This document shows, in pieces, positions 12,546 to 28,951 of a stretch of 64,000 nucleotides of DNA. The notes beneath the pieces were generated by a model, which was not told the origin of the DNA, ran no database searches, and worked only from the letters and a program-made list of their open reading frames with translations. Source of the DNA: Psilocybe cubensis (lineage: Eukaryota); contig CM039001.1 in assembly GCA_017499595.2 (NCBI GenBank), forward strand, positions 1,922,001 to 1,986,000. The letters are read 5' to 3'. A program made the position numbers and the translations under genes. Position 1 is the first letter of the stretch; the number at the start of each line of letters is the position of its first letter.

Positions 12546-12853
12546 TGTCGTGCGAGGAAGTACAAAATTCTTGAACTCAATGTGAGTTTAGCACTCGATT
12601 CCCAAGGTTTATGATGAATACGAGTCACAGTCTCACAGACCAACAGATCAAAATGTCATCACAAGTCACCAATCGGATGCTTTTATTCTCATATCGGAAG
12701 TTATAAAGTTCCAGGTAAGATTACTGTTATCGCGTACTGGGTATAACGACTCAAAGATACAATGAAAACAATGAACTGAAGAAAAATCCCAAAAGATGAC
12801 GCGTGCAAGTCCAAACGCTGTGCTGGGAAGATGAACCAAATGAATACATGCGT

Positions 12854-14406
<1,553 letters not shown>

Positions 14407-14558
14407 GGTTGTGGTTGGATTGAGTCAAGGCGAACTGGAGCTGCGCGGCCCAGCTAGGGGGTTGCCATCAACGTCATATTCGGACTTTCAATATGTATTT
14501 ATTTATTATATTCAGAATTACATAACATATTCGCTTACTTGTCTTACTCTCGACCTCG

Positions 14559-17139
14559 ATGAGTGCGCGCGCATCAAGACGCCCTGCGGCCTCTCTCAAT
14601 TCTATCGAATCCCTTCTGCTTGCTCAGTCTGTATGGGACCTTGGCGCAAGCCAAGCTACATGGGCCCCAATCTCCAAGATCCTCTCCAAGCATCCTTTGT
14701 TGTCGCGTCCCAAGTCGTTCTTCACCCCGCAAGTCAGTGTTAGCGCCCATTCCACTTCCCCACCATTGACGTAATTTCAGTCTTGTCACTCAATGTATGA
14801 AGCTCTCATGAAAGACGCTGGGCTTGAAATGCAAGTTGACATATCTATGCAAGTCTCTTCTTTCTAATCTTTCATCCAGAAATGAAACCACTGTTATTCC
14901 TCATGGTTAGCACACTGCGTTTGCTTTGCACCGTTCTCTCAATCTCAACTTTCAACAGCTTCAGTGAATCTGGATCTCGCTCGAAAACATTATCATGCCC
15001 GCTTTCTCGAACTTCAAGGGCTCATACTAAATGAAGAAACAAAATTCAAGTCAGTACCTGACCTCTTTTTTCAACGGCCATTTGTGAATCGTGCCATTCA
15101 GGGCAGTTTTGAAAGAAATTGAAGAGATTCGCGCCGGGATTGCAGAAAAGCAAGATTCTGATGCCGCACCTACAGAATCATCTCCACAGTCTCGATCTCA
15201 GCCTTCCCAATCGGAAACCAAGGTTTGCAATATCCTCAAAGTTCCAATTCTATTCTTAATGCATCATAGGTTGTAGACGAACTCTTCAGTGGCTCTGACT
15301 TAAGCGGAGTAACAGAGTCTGCTGAGTCTAATCCTTCTCAATCTCAGCCAGAGGTGTGTTGTTTATTATAAGTATTAAACTTGGGGAATTGAAACTCGCG
15401 CAGAACAGCGCCGACGACTTGCCTGTTCGTACAGATAAGGGGGCTCAAAATACCCAAACGAAGGATGCTGCCACGCCGTTTGTGGAAATGTCGCAAATTA
15501 CTGAAGAAACAGCTTTAGGTGGCGGGCTTTCACCTCATACCCCCCAGAATCCCGCTCAGGACGTTGGGGAAGAATCGCAAACGAATTTTGCTACCCCTCA
15601 ACCACATCATGACCCACAAGAACATTTAGAGGCTGTGGAATCGTTGCCAATGAGCAAGCACATGTCAGCCCCAAACAATGCCGAAGAACCTTTGCCCTTC
15701 AATTTGGACGATGAAATTAAAAATCAGGGTCGTGTGTCGCTAGATGCTTCCAATCACAAGCAGATTTCAAATAACAAACAAGAGGAAGAGGAAGAAGAAG
15801 CGATCAGGGAAGGCAAAAACGAAGAAGAAGAAGAAGAAGAGGTGGAGGAGGTGGAAGAGATCGAGAAAACCTCACAAGGTCAAACAGAAAGCGATGTCCT
15901 TGAGAAGGCAAAAGAGGAACAGATTAATGTTCTGTCAGCATGTGAGGATGAAGAAATGAAAGAATTGTCAGGAGATGACATCAAAGCAGACACCGAACAA
16001 AATACAGAGGAGGAACTACCCTCTCCTTCCCCCCACTTAGTCCACAATAAAAATTTTCAGAATTCTTTGGACCCCAAAGCAGCACGTTCACCTGTCGCGG
16101 AGACGGTCGGTTCAGATGCGGAGCCGACTCCTGACGAGGGGCTATCTTCCGAAATGGAGGAACCAGTGGCTCCTGCCAGGCGTACGATTATTTTCTTTTT
16201 TCTCTTTCCTATATCGTCCCATTTTCTAACATCGTTTTGACAGGCTCGTCCCGCAGACGCAAATCATCCGCTGCGTCTGTTCCTCCTCCGCAATCGAGGT
16301 CACGCTTAAGACCTAAAGGTCGTCCAAGCGAGACTTTATTGCAAACAACAATGGCTATCGATTCGGACAATGATGGCGACCTAGAAGGTCACGACGGTAC
16401 ACCTCATACTGGAGAGGAGCGCGCGTCATCTCCTTACGACAGCGCACTTACAAGACGTCGAGATGGTTTGTCTTTGCTATATTTTATACAAATTTAGGCT
16501 GAATAACATTTCTCAGGTAATAAACGGAAAGCGTCATTTCTGGAAAGTGCTGGGTCCCCTCACGATAAAAAAAGGCTGCGAGAAGACTCCGAGCCAGTAG
16601 ACGAGGAAGAACCAGGTCAGCATGGCTGGATTAAATACTCACTTGCCGTCATAACATATACTTCCTTAGGGCCCAGTTCTCATAATTTGCGTGCGCGTAT
16701 TTCTCGACACGGGACTCGGACCGAAGAACAAGTAGCTATGAAACGCTTCCAAAGCGTCATCGGCATGCTTCATTCCCAAATATCTCAGCATAGGAACGGT
16801 AATATTTTTCATAACCCTATCAAGAACTCAGAAGCACCCGATTACCATGACATAGTTAAGCGCCCGATGGATTTGAAGACAATAAAGACGAGAGTGAAAG
16901 ACGGCGTCATTGCAAACTCGCTTGAGTTTCAAAGAGATATATATTTGATGTTTGCTAATGCCATGATGTATAATCGACCAGGGTCAGATGTACATGCAAT
17001 GGCGGAAGATGTAAGTAAACCTTTACCGCCGAGCTTTAGTTGTGGTCTGATATTGTTACAGATGATGCTCGAAAGCGAGGGTCAGATAAATGCTTTCAGG
17101 CAAACAGAAGGTTTGGTCAAACGAGGCCAACGTCCGTAA
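14559..17139 (+). CDS. BRD8/Bdc1-like bromodomain protein (probable NuA4/Tip60 subunit)
   Basis: N-terminal ESLLLAQSVW...WAPISKILSKHPLL...SCHSMY and coiled coil (ARFLELQGLILNEETKF), as in BRD8; long acidic linker; C-terminal bromodomain IFHNPIKNSEAPDYHDIVKRPMDLKTIK...MFANAMMYN. Intron 14831-14879 is GC-AG. Confidence 0.8.
15781..15862 (+). repeat. GAA/GAG-rich coding tract (poly-Glu)
   Basis: gaggaagaggaagaagaag...gaagaagaagaagaagaagag encodes EEEEEE...EEEEEEEVEEVEEIE. Confidence 0.85.
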
Positions 17140-17368
17140 CTGATACTTTAATCATTATTTCGTATGCTATGTATAGACCTTCATGCACACATTTTGAAAT
17201 GGTAACTTCAGAGGGGATTAAATTCTCAAAATTATCATACATATCATACATATATAAAGACAAGGTAGACAGGGGAAATAAATTTCAACGAGCCATTGAG
17301 GTGTTTTACAATGTGTTACAAATGCGAGATTGGTCCAACGTATCAGAATGATAAGGGAGCAGAAGAGA

Positions 17369-20300
17369 TCAAAACCATGGTTGATACAATTCTCCCATTT
17401 TGGCTAATTGTAATGGATTGGTGGCAGTGGAAATCAGGCCTGTCACCGTAGTTACAACAGGAGTGGTTACATTTGATATGTTTCCGCTGAGAGCCTATGA
17501 TGCCATATTAGACAAGTTTCTCAAAGTAATTGTACAGTGTATAAATACCTGTTCTCTTTCAAGCTTGCAAGCCAAGCTTTCAGCTCTTTTCACAATGTTA
17601 TCGACATGGGCATTTACGTGCATTCGAAACTGATTATCGACGACGACACCCCGACTTCTTTGTTGAAACCAGAGAGACACCTCGTCCCTGCTCAACAGAC
17701 ATAATTGTTGTTCCAGATCAAACTAACGGGACGTTGAATTAACCATTTATGTGAGTGAATGTCATTCTTACCTCTGGTTCTGTCAGCGATCTGCCAATTG
17801 CCATAATACCAGGAGCAAGAAGTCCCTCAGTAAAGATTGGTCCCAAAAAGTTTTGCATATTAGGAGTTAGACGGAAGGGGACAACATCATTTGTTGCAAA
17901 CAAAGGATGTGAAGCATGAGTTGCTAAAAAGAACAATAGTAGATTGTTAAAGACAATCAAGACACCTATGTTGTAAATGAAACCTACCCGGTAGTAATTC
18001 TGTCATGGCAATCAAGCCGGTTGAACGTGAGATTTGGAACCGCGCTGGATGGCGACTCGCGAGACAAAATAGATAGGTCATGAAGCTGCATGAGGCAATC
18101 TGTAAAGCAAATTGTTTCCGCATGCGCCACAGTTCATCCGGTGCAGACATGCTGCGAGCCATGTACTGTACAATTACGCATACATTGTAAGATTAAAGAA
18201 CTGTATAGAAAATGAATATACACACGTTTGCAAGTACATCATCCGGCACCATCTTGCTGCTCACTTCGTCGCATGAGTCCTTCTTTAAAGTAACGTATTC
18301 CACTTTGCTTGGCTACATCGTCGTGTGAGACGGCGTGTAAGTAGTAATAATATAGATCACACACCTGTTTCTTTGAATGCTGCTGACGATAATCGCGCAG
18401 CACCTTTCTAACATTCTCGCCAACAAACAAGATAGGTTCTTCCCTCGAAAAACCCCTTTCTTCGCAATGCAGATCATAAATTTCGCCAAGGGATATGTAA
18501 GAAGAATCAGTTTGATAGAGACGAACGTTCGGGCTACAAGAAATGGCTGCAGGGAGATGAAAGGTCAAGTTACGCTTCCTGCTCTCCTTGTTTCTAGCCA
18601 GTGCTCTGAAGCCACATGAATAACGTTCGATAATAAATAATGGAGATGACACACCCATTAAACGTCCTGAGCATTTGAATCACCTTGTCTTCGCGACGAT
18701 ATTGTCGATTACAGGGGAGTTGAACGGTGAAAGAAGTCTTTGAATTGTCGCTTCCGTGGATTGTAAGTCTCTTGAAACAACTTCCATTTGAACGGATATT
18801 TTCGAACTTGGGGGCAAATTTCTGGATTCTGACAAAATATTGATTGGAATCCTTATCCTGAACACGACATTAACGACTAAACACGAAAAAAATAAAGTAT
18901 GACATACCTCAGTATATTGACCAGGAACCTCAATTTCATCAATTTTGCTGTACTGAAATTCCGTAAGATAGTGGCTGAGAACGACCAATGGTTGGATGCG
19001 AGGTCTGTTGTCGAAGGTCCCTTCAAATTTATCTCGCCATGCTTGGAGACGTTGGATATATTCGTAATGTGTGGGTTTATTTGTTATAAAGTCTTCCTCG
19101 TACTCCTTCTTTAAGATTGGAAGGTTCAGAGATCATTTCTAATTAGAGAAATATTATACAAACCTTGACGAAAGCGGGAAGATTTATAAACATCCGCGTC
19201 AATGTGGCGACTGTGTTAGCAGTGAGTTGGCCATCGTCTTCAGGAGAATTGATGCGAATAACATAATTCTGATGTAGTAAGGATCAGAGATCGCCATGCG
19301 ATTAATGAAGAGATTAAATAGTTACTTGAACAGCATCAGAAAGCAACATGCAAATATTTCGATACACTTCTTCTTCGGCATTAGGTTTGAACTTGTGCTG
19401 GATTTGATCCACCATTGTTTCCAGGCTAAGAATCAACAAGGGAAAAGAGGTCTTTAAAGTTTGTAAAATTTCATCTACATGTTCAGAAGCTTGTCGAGGC
19501 TGTGATGACGGGTCCGAAAGATTGGGAGGCATAGGCATTGGAATGGTCGCAGAATCGGGAGCAACGGATGCCGGTGTGTTGGTTGGTGCAGAGGCACTAG
19601 AGTGCATAGGGTCGTTTGCTTGATGCTCGGGATTTAGTCGTCGAGAAGATTCGGCGGCAGCAGCTTGAGCGGCGGCACGAGCAGCGAAGGCTTTCTTCAT
19701 AAGTTGCATTTCCTCCCTTGTAGTCCGCAAATGATAGAAGATTGCCTGTTAAATGGCACTTTAGTATAAGGTTGAAATGACGAACAGTTAAAATTTACCT
19801 GAGGGTAATGTCTCGCTAAATTCAAAAGAAGATACCGAGCTTGCTTCCATTCACGGTATGACAACGACGTGCAGAGTTGCGGAATAAGAGTAATCCAAAA
19901 CCAATACGCCGCTTCTCCTTTGTATGTGTCGAAGGCCCGAGATATTGTCGATGCTGAATCATCCAAACTCAGAAGCCATAAAATTCGCGCCAGTAAGGGT
20001 CTGCACTTCCCACTTTTATACAAACCAGCGGCCTGCATATAACAACTGACCGCATTTGCAGCCTGGCCGAGGTCGGAAGGATTGTCTTTAAACAGATGGT
20101 CACTGAATCGGCCCCATTCCGCCCAGGCTTTTGGCTGCACGATATCGAGTTGTACGGCTTGACCGAATGCGAGGGTAGCATCTTCGGGGCGTAGCATACG
20201 CGAGAAAAACATCCCTTTCAAGGTATAAAACTCGGCTTTCTGTGCCGTCGAGAAGAACATAAGATTTGTATTGTTTATAACTTCCAAACCTGCTTGTAGG

Positions 20301-23300
20301 TCGTTAGGCTTTTGGTAATGAGCTCTAGCCTGTTCTCTGAGCTTCAAAAACGCTTCCGAAATTTCGATATTCGGCAAGGTATATATTTTTGTGAGAGCAT
20401 TGAAACAGACGTCGAGTAACTCATGCTTTCGAGCGACATGAGCGAAACGGTTGATTATCCATGCAGTTTCGTGATAGCCCCGATAACCAAATGTATTGGC
20501 ATTGTTGGCGCCCGCGTGGTTAGAAGTGCTAATCAGTGGCATATACGCATTGTTAATTGAGCTGAATACGTTTTGCCTCCACGCAACAAGGTCGCTCCAG
20601 ATGTTGATATCATCATATATATTCGGTAGCCTTTCACGCCAGGCTTGAAGAACCATCTTGAGCTCAGAAGACTTTTTCTCCAAGTTCTGAGCATTTGTCT
20701 GTGACAAAGATCCAAAGATCTGTACAGCCTCTTGAAGCTCTACAAATTGTTGAAAATGTTGAAGAAGTGGTATGTGGGCGACTGAGAGGTGTTGAGGCAA
20801 TCCAACCCATTTGCGTAGAGAGAGCTGCATGGCGTCTTCCAGGAACTTTGTAAATTCAACATTCTTATCCAATGCAGCCGGTTGTTTAAGCAAAGCCATA
20901 TACGCCTCAAATACTCTTCTCCTTGGAGTAGGGATTTCAGGAAGAAGGTTGATTTGGGCCTCTAGAGCTTCCTTCTGGTCGTTCCAATCTTTAATCCTCC
21001 AGGAACACTCCAGAGTCAACTCTTGATTTGCTTCACCTTTGGCAAAGTCGTATAACACATCCCAATGTTGAAGCTTTTGGGCAGCAAGTACCCACTGATC
21101 TTCCCACAGGCAGAACTCGGTTTCTGAGAATGGAATGGTGCCAGCTCGCACCCGACTCTGGGCTAGTTCATACGTCTGCGCAGCTTGTTCCCACATTCCA
21201 GCTTGTTCGAAAGCCAGGCCAATATTGGTTTCAATTCGTATCGATCGTTTCCGCCATAATCCGTAGAACATATCCTCTTCCGCAAGTTCAGCATAAACAT
21301 CCGCTAGAGAATCGTAGATGTGATCTGTTATGGTCAGATCGTCATCTTTTGTATAGTCCAACGATTTTTCCAAGATTTCCAAGCCGATGTGCCAAGCTCC
21401 ATAGGTCTTTGCAAGGTATTTCACAAGATGCGGAGGCAGAGTCATTGGAGTAGAACAGGCATGAATGCCAGTAAGGAGGGTTTGAACGACATTCGGGCGC
21501 AAAGAAGCCTGCTTGATGTGATAGTCTTTGCTGAGTAAAATGACCATGTGGTTTGTGATTTCTGATTGTTCTCTCCTTGTTAAACAAGACCATATGGCAG
21601 GAAATACGGAGACCCATGTATCGTGAGCCGTTTGTGGGTCCAGGAACAACAATCTTTGAGCAGGACGAATGATGTCTTGCATTTGAGGTCTGCTTATCAT
21701 GACAGATGATGCGTTGGACAAAGGTCGGCGGTCAAGATTGGAAGTCAAATTCACATCTGCGGCTCCAAGGATCAGGTAGAGCGCTAAGTATATCCAATTG
21801 TGGTCAGCAATGGCATCCCAATTTTGCACGCCCAAGATATAGGTCAACCTCCCAAAAAGCGATCGCGGTACACTCATATCGAAAAGGTCCATGAATCGCT
21901 CCCGTAGTACAGAATCCTTCGCCCGACAACCTAGTAAAAATGATTGTTCAAGGCGATTTGTTAGGTCACTGCGTCGAAGGGAAGGTTCCGTGTAGATGTC
22001 ATAGACGAGTTCCAGATAGGCATGGAATATTGTATCCCCGCGTGATTCATATAAAGTCATCTTTTGAAGAAGTGTCGCCTTTTCTTTCATTGTTGGATAA
22101 GCTTCCTGGCGATGAAGTGCCCAGGTCCTTGAAAGGTCGAGGATGTATCGACACAAGCCTATGCTCTTTGATTTGTCTACGAAAACACAAAGGGTGCTCA
22201 AAAGCCAACGTCGCTGGTCTCCTAAGAAAGCAACAGACAGTTGGCATATATCAAGGATGGTGGTCACCGAACGAACATTCGTGTCATACCCAACAGCAGC
22301 AGTGTTGGCATGAATATGGTCTTTGGTGAGTTTGCTGAGCAATTTCATGAGGAGTTGACTAAAAGGTTCTATTCTCTCTGGAACAACTTCAACAACCGAT
22401 TTGAGCATCCCAAGAATACCTGGCAATGAAGATGAATTGCGAAGGCCATCTTGAATGGAGGTGTATATAAAGTTGTGAAAGTCTGACATCTCCCCATGGG
22501 GTTCGTCTTCTTCTTTTGGCAAAGGATACAGCCGGACAAGTTTGTCGAAGATAGGGCGTAAAACATCATGCATGTTATGCTCTTCGACTAACAACCCCTT
22601 GCGAATGAGTTTTTGAAGTATCACAGCATTCGTCGTATACCATGAATCGGGTTGCTCGGCAGCGACGACTTGAAGAACTTTCGCCGCAGACAAAGCTTGT
22701 GCAATGGAATTAGCGTTGTCGGTCGGAATATCATTCTAGTAAAAATCAATCAAATATTAGGTTTCGAAAAATACCATTTTGCGCACCTCTAGAACCCTCG
22801 AGAAGAAACGCAATCCAACGGTGACATCGTTCCACCCGTTTGGCCCGACAATTAGGTGAAGAAGCGAGAGTGCTTTTGGAAGTAGCGCGGCTCTAGCAGG
22901 CTGGTCATGGGGAATGGTAGAGAGCCGTACAAGGTAGCTAACCATATTTTCACGTAGTGTTAAAGGTGTTGACCAAGTTGCGTCGTCCGCGTGAGGATCG
23001 GATTGAACTACGTTGGACTTTGCTGCTTGCTTCGATTGTTCCTCCCAGTTGAATATCACCTGCAGCACATCAATAGAAAGGATACGCATCTCTAAAGTCG
23101 AACTAGGCAGCATGCCTAACTTATTGAGAGAGCTGGCAATGTGCGGAACAAAGAGTGATCGAACTGGGAAGAAAAGTTGGGATTGTTTGGTGATGAGATG
23201 ATAGATGGTCATCATTGTTGCAGAACTTTCCTCGGCCAGCAACCTCCTGGTAGTTATTGCCCAAGCTGGATGACCAGGTGGCTCATTACCTTCAGATTTG

Positions 23301-26300
23301 GGGAGAGTAGGAGCTAAGACTGCTAAAGCTTCTTGACGAAGAGATATACGGCCTTCAAGGTGATTCATCCTCAAAAGTCCGGTCCAAGCACGAAGAATAA
23401 ATTTTTGTGGGGTAGGAAATACCGCGAAAAAACGTGCAGCAAGAAGATAGGACGTTTGCTTGATTATAATGTCGTCGTTGGTTGTGATGTATGACCATGC
23501 GTATCTCATGACATCTTTTCGAACATCATCGAGAAGGTTTGGATAGAATTGAACGAGGATAGTAGTCAGGTGAAGAACTTCTATCCTGAAGTAGTCTCCG
23601 GCGTCTTGGAAGGCGGAAAGGTCGTTCATAGGTTGCCAAATTGTTTTGTGCATCCAATCAACAAAATCCGAGTCAATAAGAGCACATGTTTGACCGGGAC
23701 GCTTGGCTTGAATTAATAGAGTCGGAGATATGATATAGCGGATACAGTAAGCCTTCTGTGAAAATGTGAAGCTGGGATCAGAGAACCAGGTTACAAAGCG
23801 CATTAGCAAATTTCGTTTGAATATACTGTCTTCACTCAGTGCGACATGTTCGTAGAGAAATTTGGTGGTAGCGATAATATCGATCCCTAGATCCATGGTG
23901 TAAATGGATATGATCTCGAATAGTAGGTCGATACGAGGTGACTGCCTAAGAGCTTTGGTAAATATGGAAGTCATTAAAGAGTAGCGGTGGGATATATCAG
24001 TTGCAACATTTGAAAAAGTTTCAGCTTGTGGCATGTTCGAGTGCCAAGTATCAATCACAGCATCGATAGCATATTCATTTTGAATAAGCCATGCAGGAAG
24101 GAGGTCGCTGATATCATCAAACAGGCATAAAATGGCTGTTACCACATTCCTTTCATTTCCCGCGCGCAACCGGTTAACCAGGGCTGGTGTTCGCGATGCC
24201 AATTCGCGAAGAAGATTAGGTGCTAACTTTGCCTGCAATATACTGCGTAATGTTCGAAGATGTCGCGCATAGGATAAATGTCTCAAAAACAAATCAATCC
24301 CCTCAGCAGGATACCGATCGAGATATCGCGCCAATGGTTCTGAAAATGGACTCTTGGTCGAAAAGTGCATCTGAGCTTCTGTTTGCACAATTGCGTTGAC
24401 AAGCGGTTCCAAAAATATGTTGGCAGCAGACGGGAGGAGATGAAAGATGTTGGCCAACCGAACGAGTTTAGTGATACCTTCGTTGTCTGCTAGTGAAAGT
24501 TTGGATGACTCTTGCAATAACTGAGGATCGGCAACAATGCGAAAATGGTCGAGGAGTTTGTGACCGATCTCGACCTTGAAGTAATTGGTCAAAAGCTCCA
24601 GAAGCCGAGCCAGCCCCTCGAGGCCCGGAACTGAGAGGCGCTTAGGATCCGCCAGATTCATCAAAATGGGCCGGAGGCCTGTTTGGAGCAGTTCCTTCGG
24701 TAGTCGACTTTGATGCGTCAGCACCATTCGAAGACCTTCGTGGGCCACATCTTTAACTTCAGGAGAAGGGGAGTAAAGCGACTTGAAATAAACACTGGTC
24801 ACTCTGGTGATAATATCAATGATTAAGTCTGCAAATGAAACAAACATGATAGTACCTCTGACGCGTTTGAGTTTGCCGGGAAAAGAAATCAGTGAGAGGC
24901 ATTGCTGCCGTTAATAACTTTATACAGGCAACTCTGAGCTTAATCACTTCAAAGCCTCCTTGGCGAAGGTTGCGGGGACCGAGAAGTTGTGCATCGTCAG
25001 CATCAGCCAGAGCCAATGTTTCATGTAAAAGGCGAAGTAGTTCATCGTTCAACTCCACTAATGGGGGATCCAAGCTTACACAGTAGCGAATAGCTTCAAT
25101 CATGCCGATTTGCTTCGAAAATGGTAGAGCACGAAGAGGTTTGGTGTAAATTCCCATCAGCATACGATCCCTGTGGGGTGTGAGCATTTCAACTGCCGGC
25201 CTACCACTGATCTCAACTAAAACCCCGATACATTTTTGGGCAGCTTGACGAACCAGAGGGTTGGGACTTTGCAGTTCCGGGAAAAATATTCCAACTGTAT
25301 GCACCAATTTATTGAACGCATGCGTTGCCCCGTCTCCCTGAAAATCAGCGTGCGTATTGCTGATTCGGATGCAGGTAATGAGAACGTCTATCACTTCACC
25401 TACATCCCGGGGAACTTCAGACGGCAGGTCCTTCAAGATATGGAGCAAAGTACGATAGATATCCAATTCACGATCCGTAATCCATTTAGCCCCCAAGTCA
25501 GGTGTTTGTGCCATAATTTTGATGCCATTGCAGCCAGCACTTTTTCTCGTCCATGAATCATCGAGACATAATGCAGTGAATCGATTGGCAATTTGATGTA
25601 AGATCATCATGAGCTCATGTGATACCACGTTCGACCGACCATTCGAAGCCACAAGATCGCACACAATGGAAAAAATAACAGTTCGAGCTTTGTTTGCTTG
25701 GTCTTGTTGGTCGCGCGCAAGCGCGTGGGGAAACGCATCCAGATAAGAAGACAACAGTACACTGGGAAGAGGTCGTGTACCGGCCTCTCGAGCTTGTGTA
25801 CGACGTATTTCTTCTGCGAAAACGGCTTTACCGAGGGTTCGTACAAAAGACTCGGCTTTTTCTTCCACTTCAGGGAGGTGTAATGCATCGAATATGCCTT
25901 CCAAGGCGTTGATAAATGTTTCCTCGACATTACGACCAACGATTCCCTGGAGCTTGTTAGATTGAATATTTCCTACGATGATTGAAACAAACCTCATGAA
26001 ACAAAATTGACAAGCAATTTTGTAAATAGTTATATGCATGGATGCGATCGTTTGGCGATGATCTGCTAATGTTCCGTGAAGCGAGTGCCGATAAGGGGCC
26101 CATCTCAATTTTTTCGATAATGCCATTGAATGAAATGGTAAACTTCGCGGATTCGGAATGATGTCGATAAGTTAATGCGGGCTCTTTGTTGAGAAGGCGT
26201 CTATTTCGACCGCCTAATTTACCCAATATCCGGATTGTTGTGTGAGCTGGGTGGTGTGGGGCAGGCAAAGGTTTTAAATGATTGAATAACGCTTCCATTA

Positions 26301-28951
26301 AATCGCGAAGGACAGTGCTAAGCGTCGGGTCCAGAAAATCGGGAGTGAGATTGTCAATGCACAGTTCCAAGGTACGCAAACCTTGCGATACAAGGTCAGG
26401 ATTGCCTCTCAAAGCCAACGCAAGGGGTTGCATGAGATAGGTGAGGTGAGGGAGCAAGTGTGTGAGACGCAAAGGGACTGTAAGACAAAGCTCAACAATC
26501 ATATCTCGTGTTTGTCCGTCTGTAGCTAAAAGTTGTCTATTGAGGCTCTCCAGCATGTCCGGCAAAAGTGGAACGACAGCATTGTAAAGTTTTTCGTATC
26601 GGCCACCACCCACACCTATAGCTCGGAAAAGCGCCCGAAGTAGATGAAAATAATTTGCTGGTTTGGTAGCTTTTGCTGCAAGCGGAAAACAATCCATAAG
26701 AAGTTTGCTAACGTGCGCTGCAAGAATTTCTTCATTGGATACAGGATGTGCTGATACGGCCCCAAAAGCCATTTTATACAAACGTATTGTCGCTGCCGCA
26801 GTAAGATCATCATGATCTCCTAAAAGTGGGAGACGATCGACCAAAAATCGAAGAACAATGGCCAACAAGGTAGCCGAAGTGGTATCGCGTGAAAACAGAA
26901 ATTGGCAGACATTTAGCAACATGATACGCTTTTGAGCACGTTCGAAAAAGAATTCAATTTTATGCGTCCACACTTCTTGGAAAACATGTAAATTGACTTC
27001 TGTCAGAGCATGACCGAACCAATCGATTGGTTCATTTTGTTCTGGAACCCGGGGATCCGATTCAAATAAAGACATGCAACGTATAGATGCCTCGAAGAAG
27101 CGGAAAATAAGGGTACCGTCTGGAGGTGGGGCATCGCATTTTTTCAAAGAATTGAGGCATACACGGAAACCATGAAGGAGTGTTCTGAAAACCATCCTGG
27201 ATTCTATAAATAAGGTCATAAGAAACAACCTTAAGTGCAAAGACGTGGAATTAACTTGCCGACTAGTATATCCTCCGGCTTTTCGATATAATTGACTGCA
27301 CCACCAATGGGCCTAGCTTTTTCAATGATGGTAACGTCGGGCCACTGGTCAACAATGGAATCTTTCTGTTTGTTCCTTTCCAATAATCCAGAAACATCTG
27401 CCTGCACAACACAAAGTCCTTCTAGCTTTTCTAAACATGTTTCAAACATAGTTTCAAGCAACCGAGCAGCTCCTTGAGATGTTTCCTTCGCAACAATTAC
27501 GTCTGCCAGCCCAAACATCATCTTCGCAAAAAGAGTATGCAGATTATATCCAAAAGCCGGATTGTGCATCATGGACGAGTAGACATGCACTATTCGTTCA
27601 AGCTGCGAAGCAGTCAAGTCGTTTTTTACATGATGAACGAGGTCGGCCACTGCGGTGTAGACTGTGGTGCTGCAAAAAAATTAAAGGAGGATCGCGGATG
27701 GGGAAAGCATTCAGGACGCACCGCAGAGCTTCTTGACTAGCCACCGCTGTGCCCAATAAGACCTTTTCATCGAAAAGTTTGTCTAGACTATTAAATAAAG
27801 CTCGCCTATGAGGCGTCCCCATCAAGTGGCGGAACACTACCATTAATTCCTTGAAATATATTCGGTAAGTGGGGCATTTGAAATAAAAATAGATATACCT
27901 TTCGCATTGCAATACCGTTGGAGGGACAGTCTTGTAGAAGACGCAATGCGCTAAGAATGAGAGTTTCCCCGTAGGAGTCTGCGAGCTCTCCAGGGAAGCG
28001 CATCACATATGCCAGATACGACAACATCTGGCAAAAGCGATGAATAAAAGGTGAAAAGAGAAGAGTTATTGATACTACCTTTATTTGTGCTTGAATCAAG
28101 TCATGATACATGCTCATATTTTTAATATCCGGAGACATTCCTGCCCATATCCCACCCATGGCTTCATAATTTACTCTGGCTTGGTTTTGAACGGGCGATT
28201 CCAATGCTAACATTTCGAAAGCATGTGTCGTAGTCGACTGAAGATTTGATACCACAAGGTTTCGATGTACTTGCGACATTATAACCATCACCATACCCAT
28301 CTCTCCTAATGCTTTAAAGCTTCGGGAAGCGGGTAAACTGACATTACTGTCGACTAGAGCGGAGTCTTCTTGAAGATATTCAGCTACCAGGTCTTTCATA
28401 CTTCTCAAAGCGTCTTGAAAGATCGAGACGAATTCCGTCAAGCTGTCTTCAGTAACGACTCTGTAGTTGCGGATTAGATCGACCATGGTCTTGCAGGCGT
28501 TTACTCCGTTTTCTTCGTTGTCGTGTCGTAAGATATGAAGCATACAGCTGAACATAGGTGGCACGAGGCTTCTGAAAGCTTCGTTTACAGGGAGACGGTT
28601 AAGGATTTCGAACTGCACGCGACGAAACTGATATTCCGATGACTCCTTCTGGAATGAGGGCTCTCCCGACCGTAGCAAGTCGAGTAGTGGTCGAACGAGG
28701 CGTGGTAGGCTGCGTGCAGAGTCGGAATCTCGCATAGTGTCAAGAATTTCCCGAATTTCGCAAGCTACATTGTGCCTCACACGAAGCTCTATCTCAGTTA
28801 GTTAGTCGCAGAAACCTGAACGACAGTAGTTCGCCGTGGAATTCATACCAATGTTTGGATCTGCGATGCGAGACATCCTGATATCCAGATCAGACGTAGC
28901 AGCAGATGCTACGCTGCTGGAGGTTTGTTCCATTTGTGAAGGAGCGGCCAT
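17369..28951 (-). CDS. tra1: Tra1/TRRAP PIKK-family pseudokinase (SAGA and NuA4 subunit)
   Basis: HEAT region (ELCLTVPLRLTHLLPHL, LVSQGLRTLELCIDNLTPDF, RILGKLGGRNR); FAT domain (EEDMFYGLWR, YRGYHETAWIINRFAH); degenerate kinase domain (SRHPARF in place of DRH; VPFRLTPNMQ); FATC end LAKMGELYQPWF*. Confidence 0.97.

Noticed and set aside
17947-18162. Loss of kinase catalytic residues in TRA1 as a sign of pseudogenisation
   Set aside because: Tra1/TRRAP is a known pseudokinase, and the spliced frame is intact through the FATC end.
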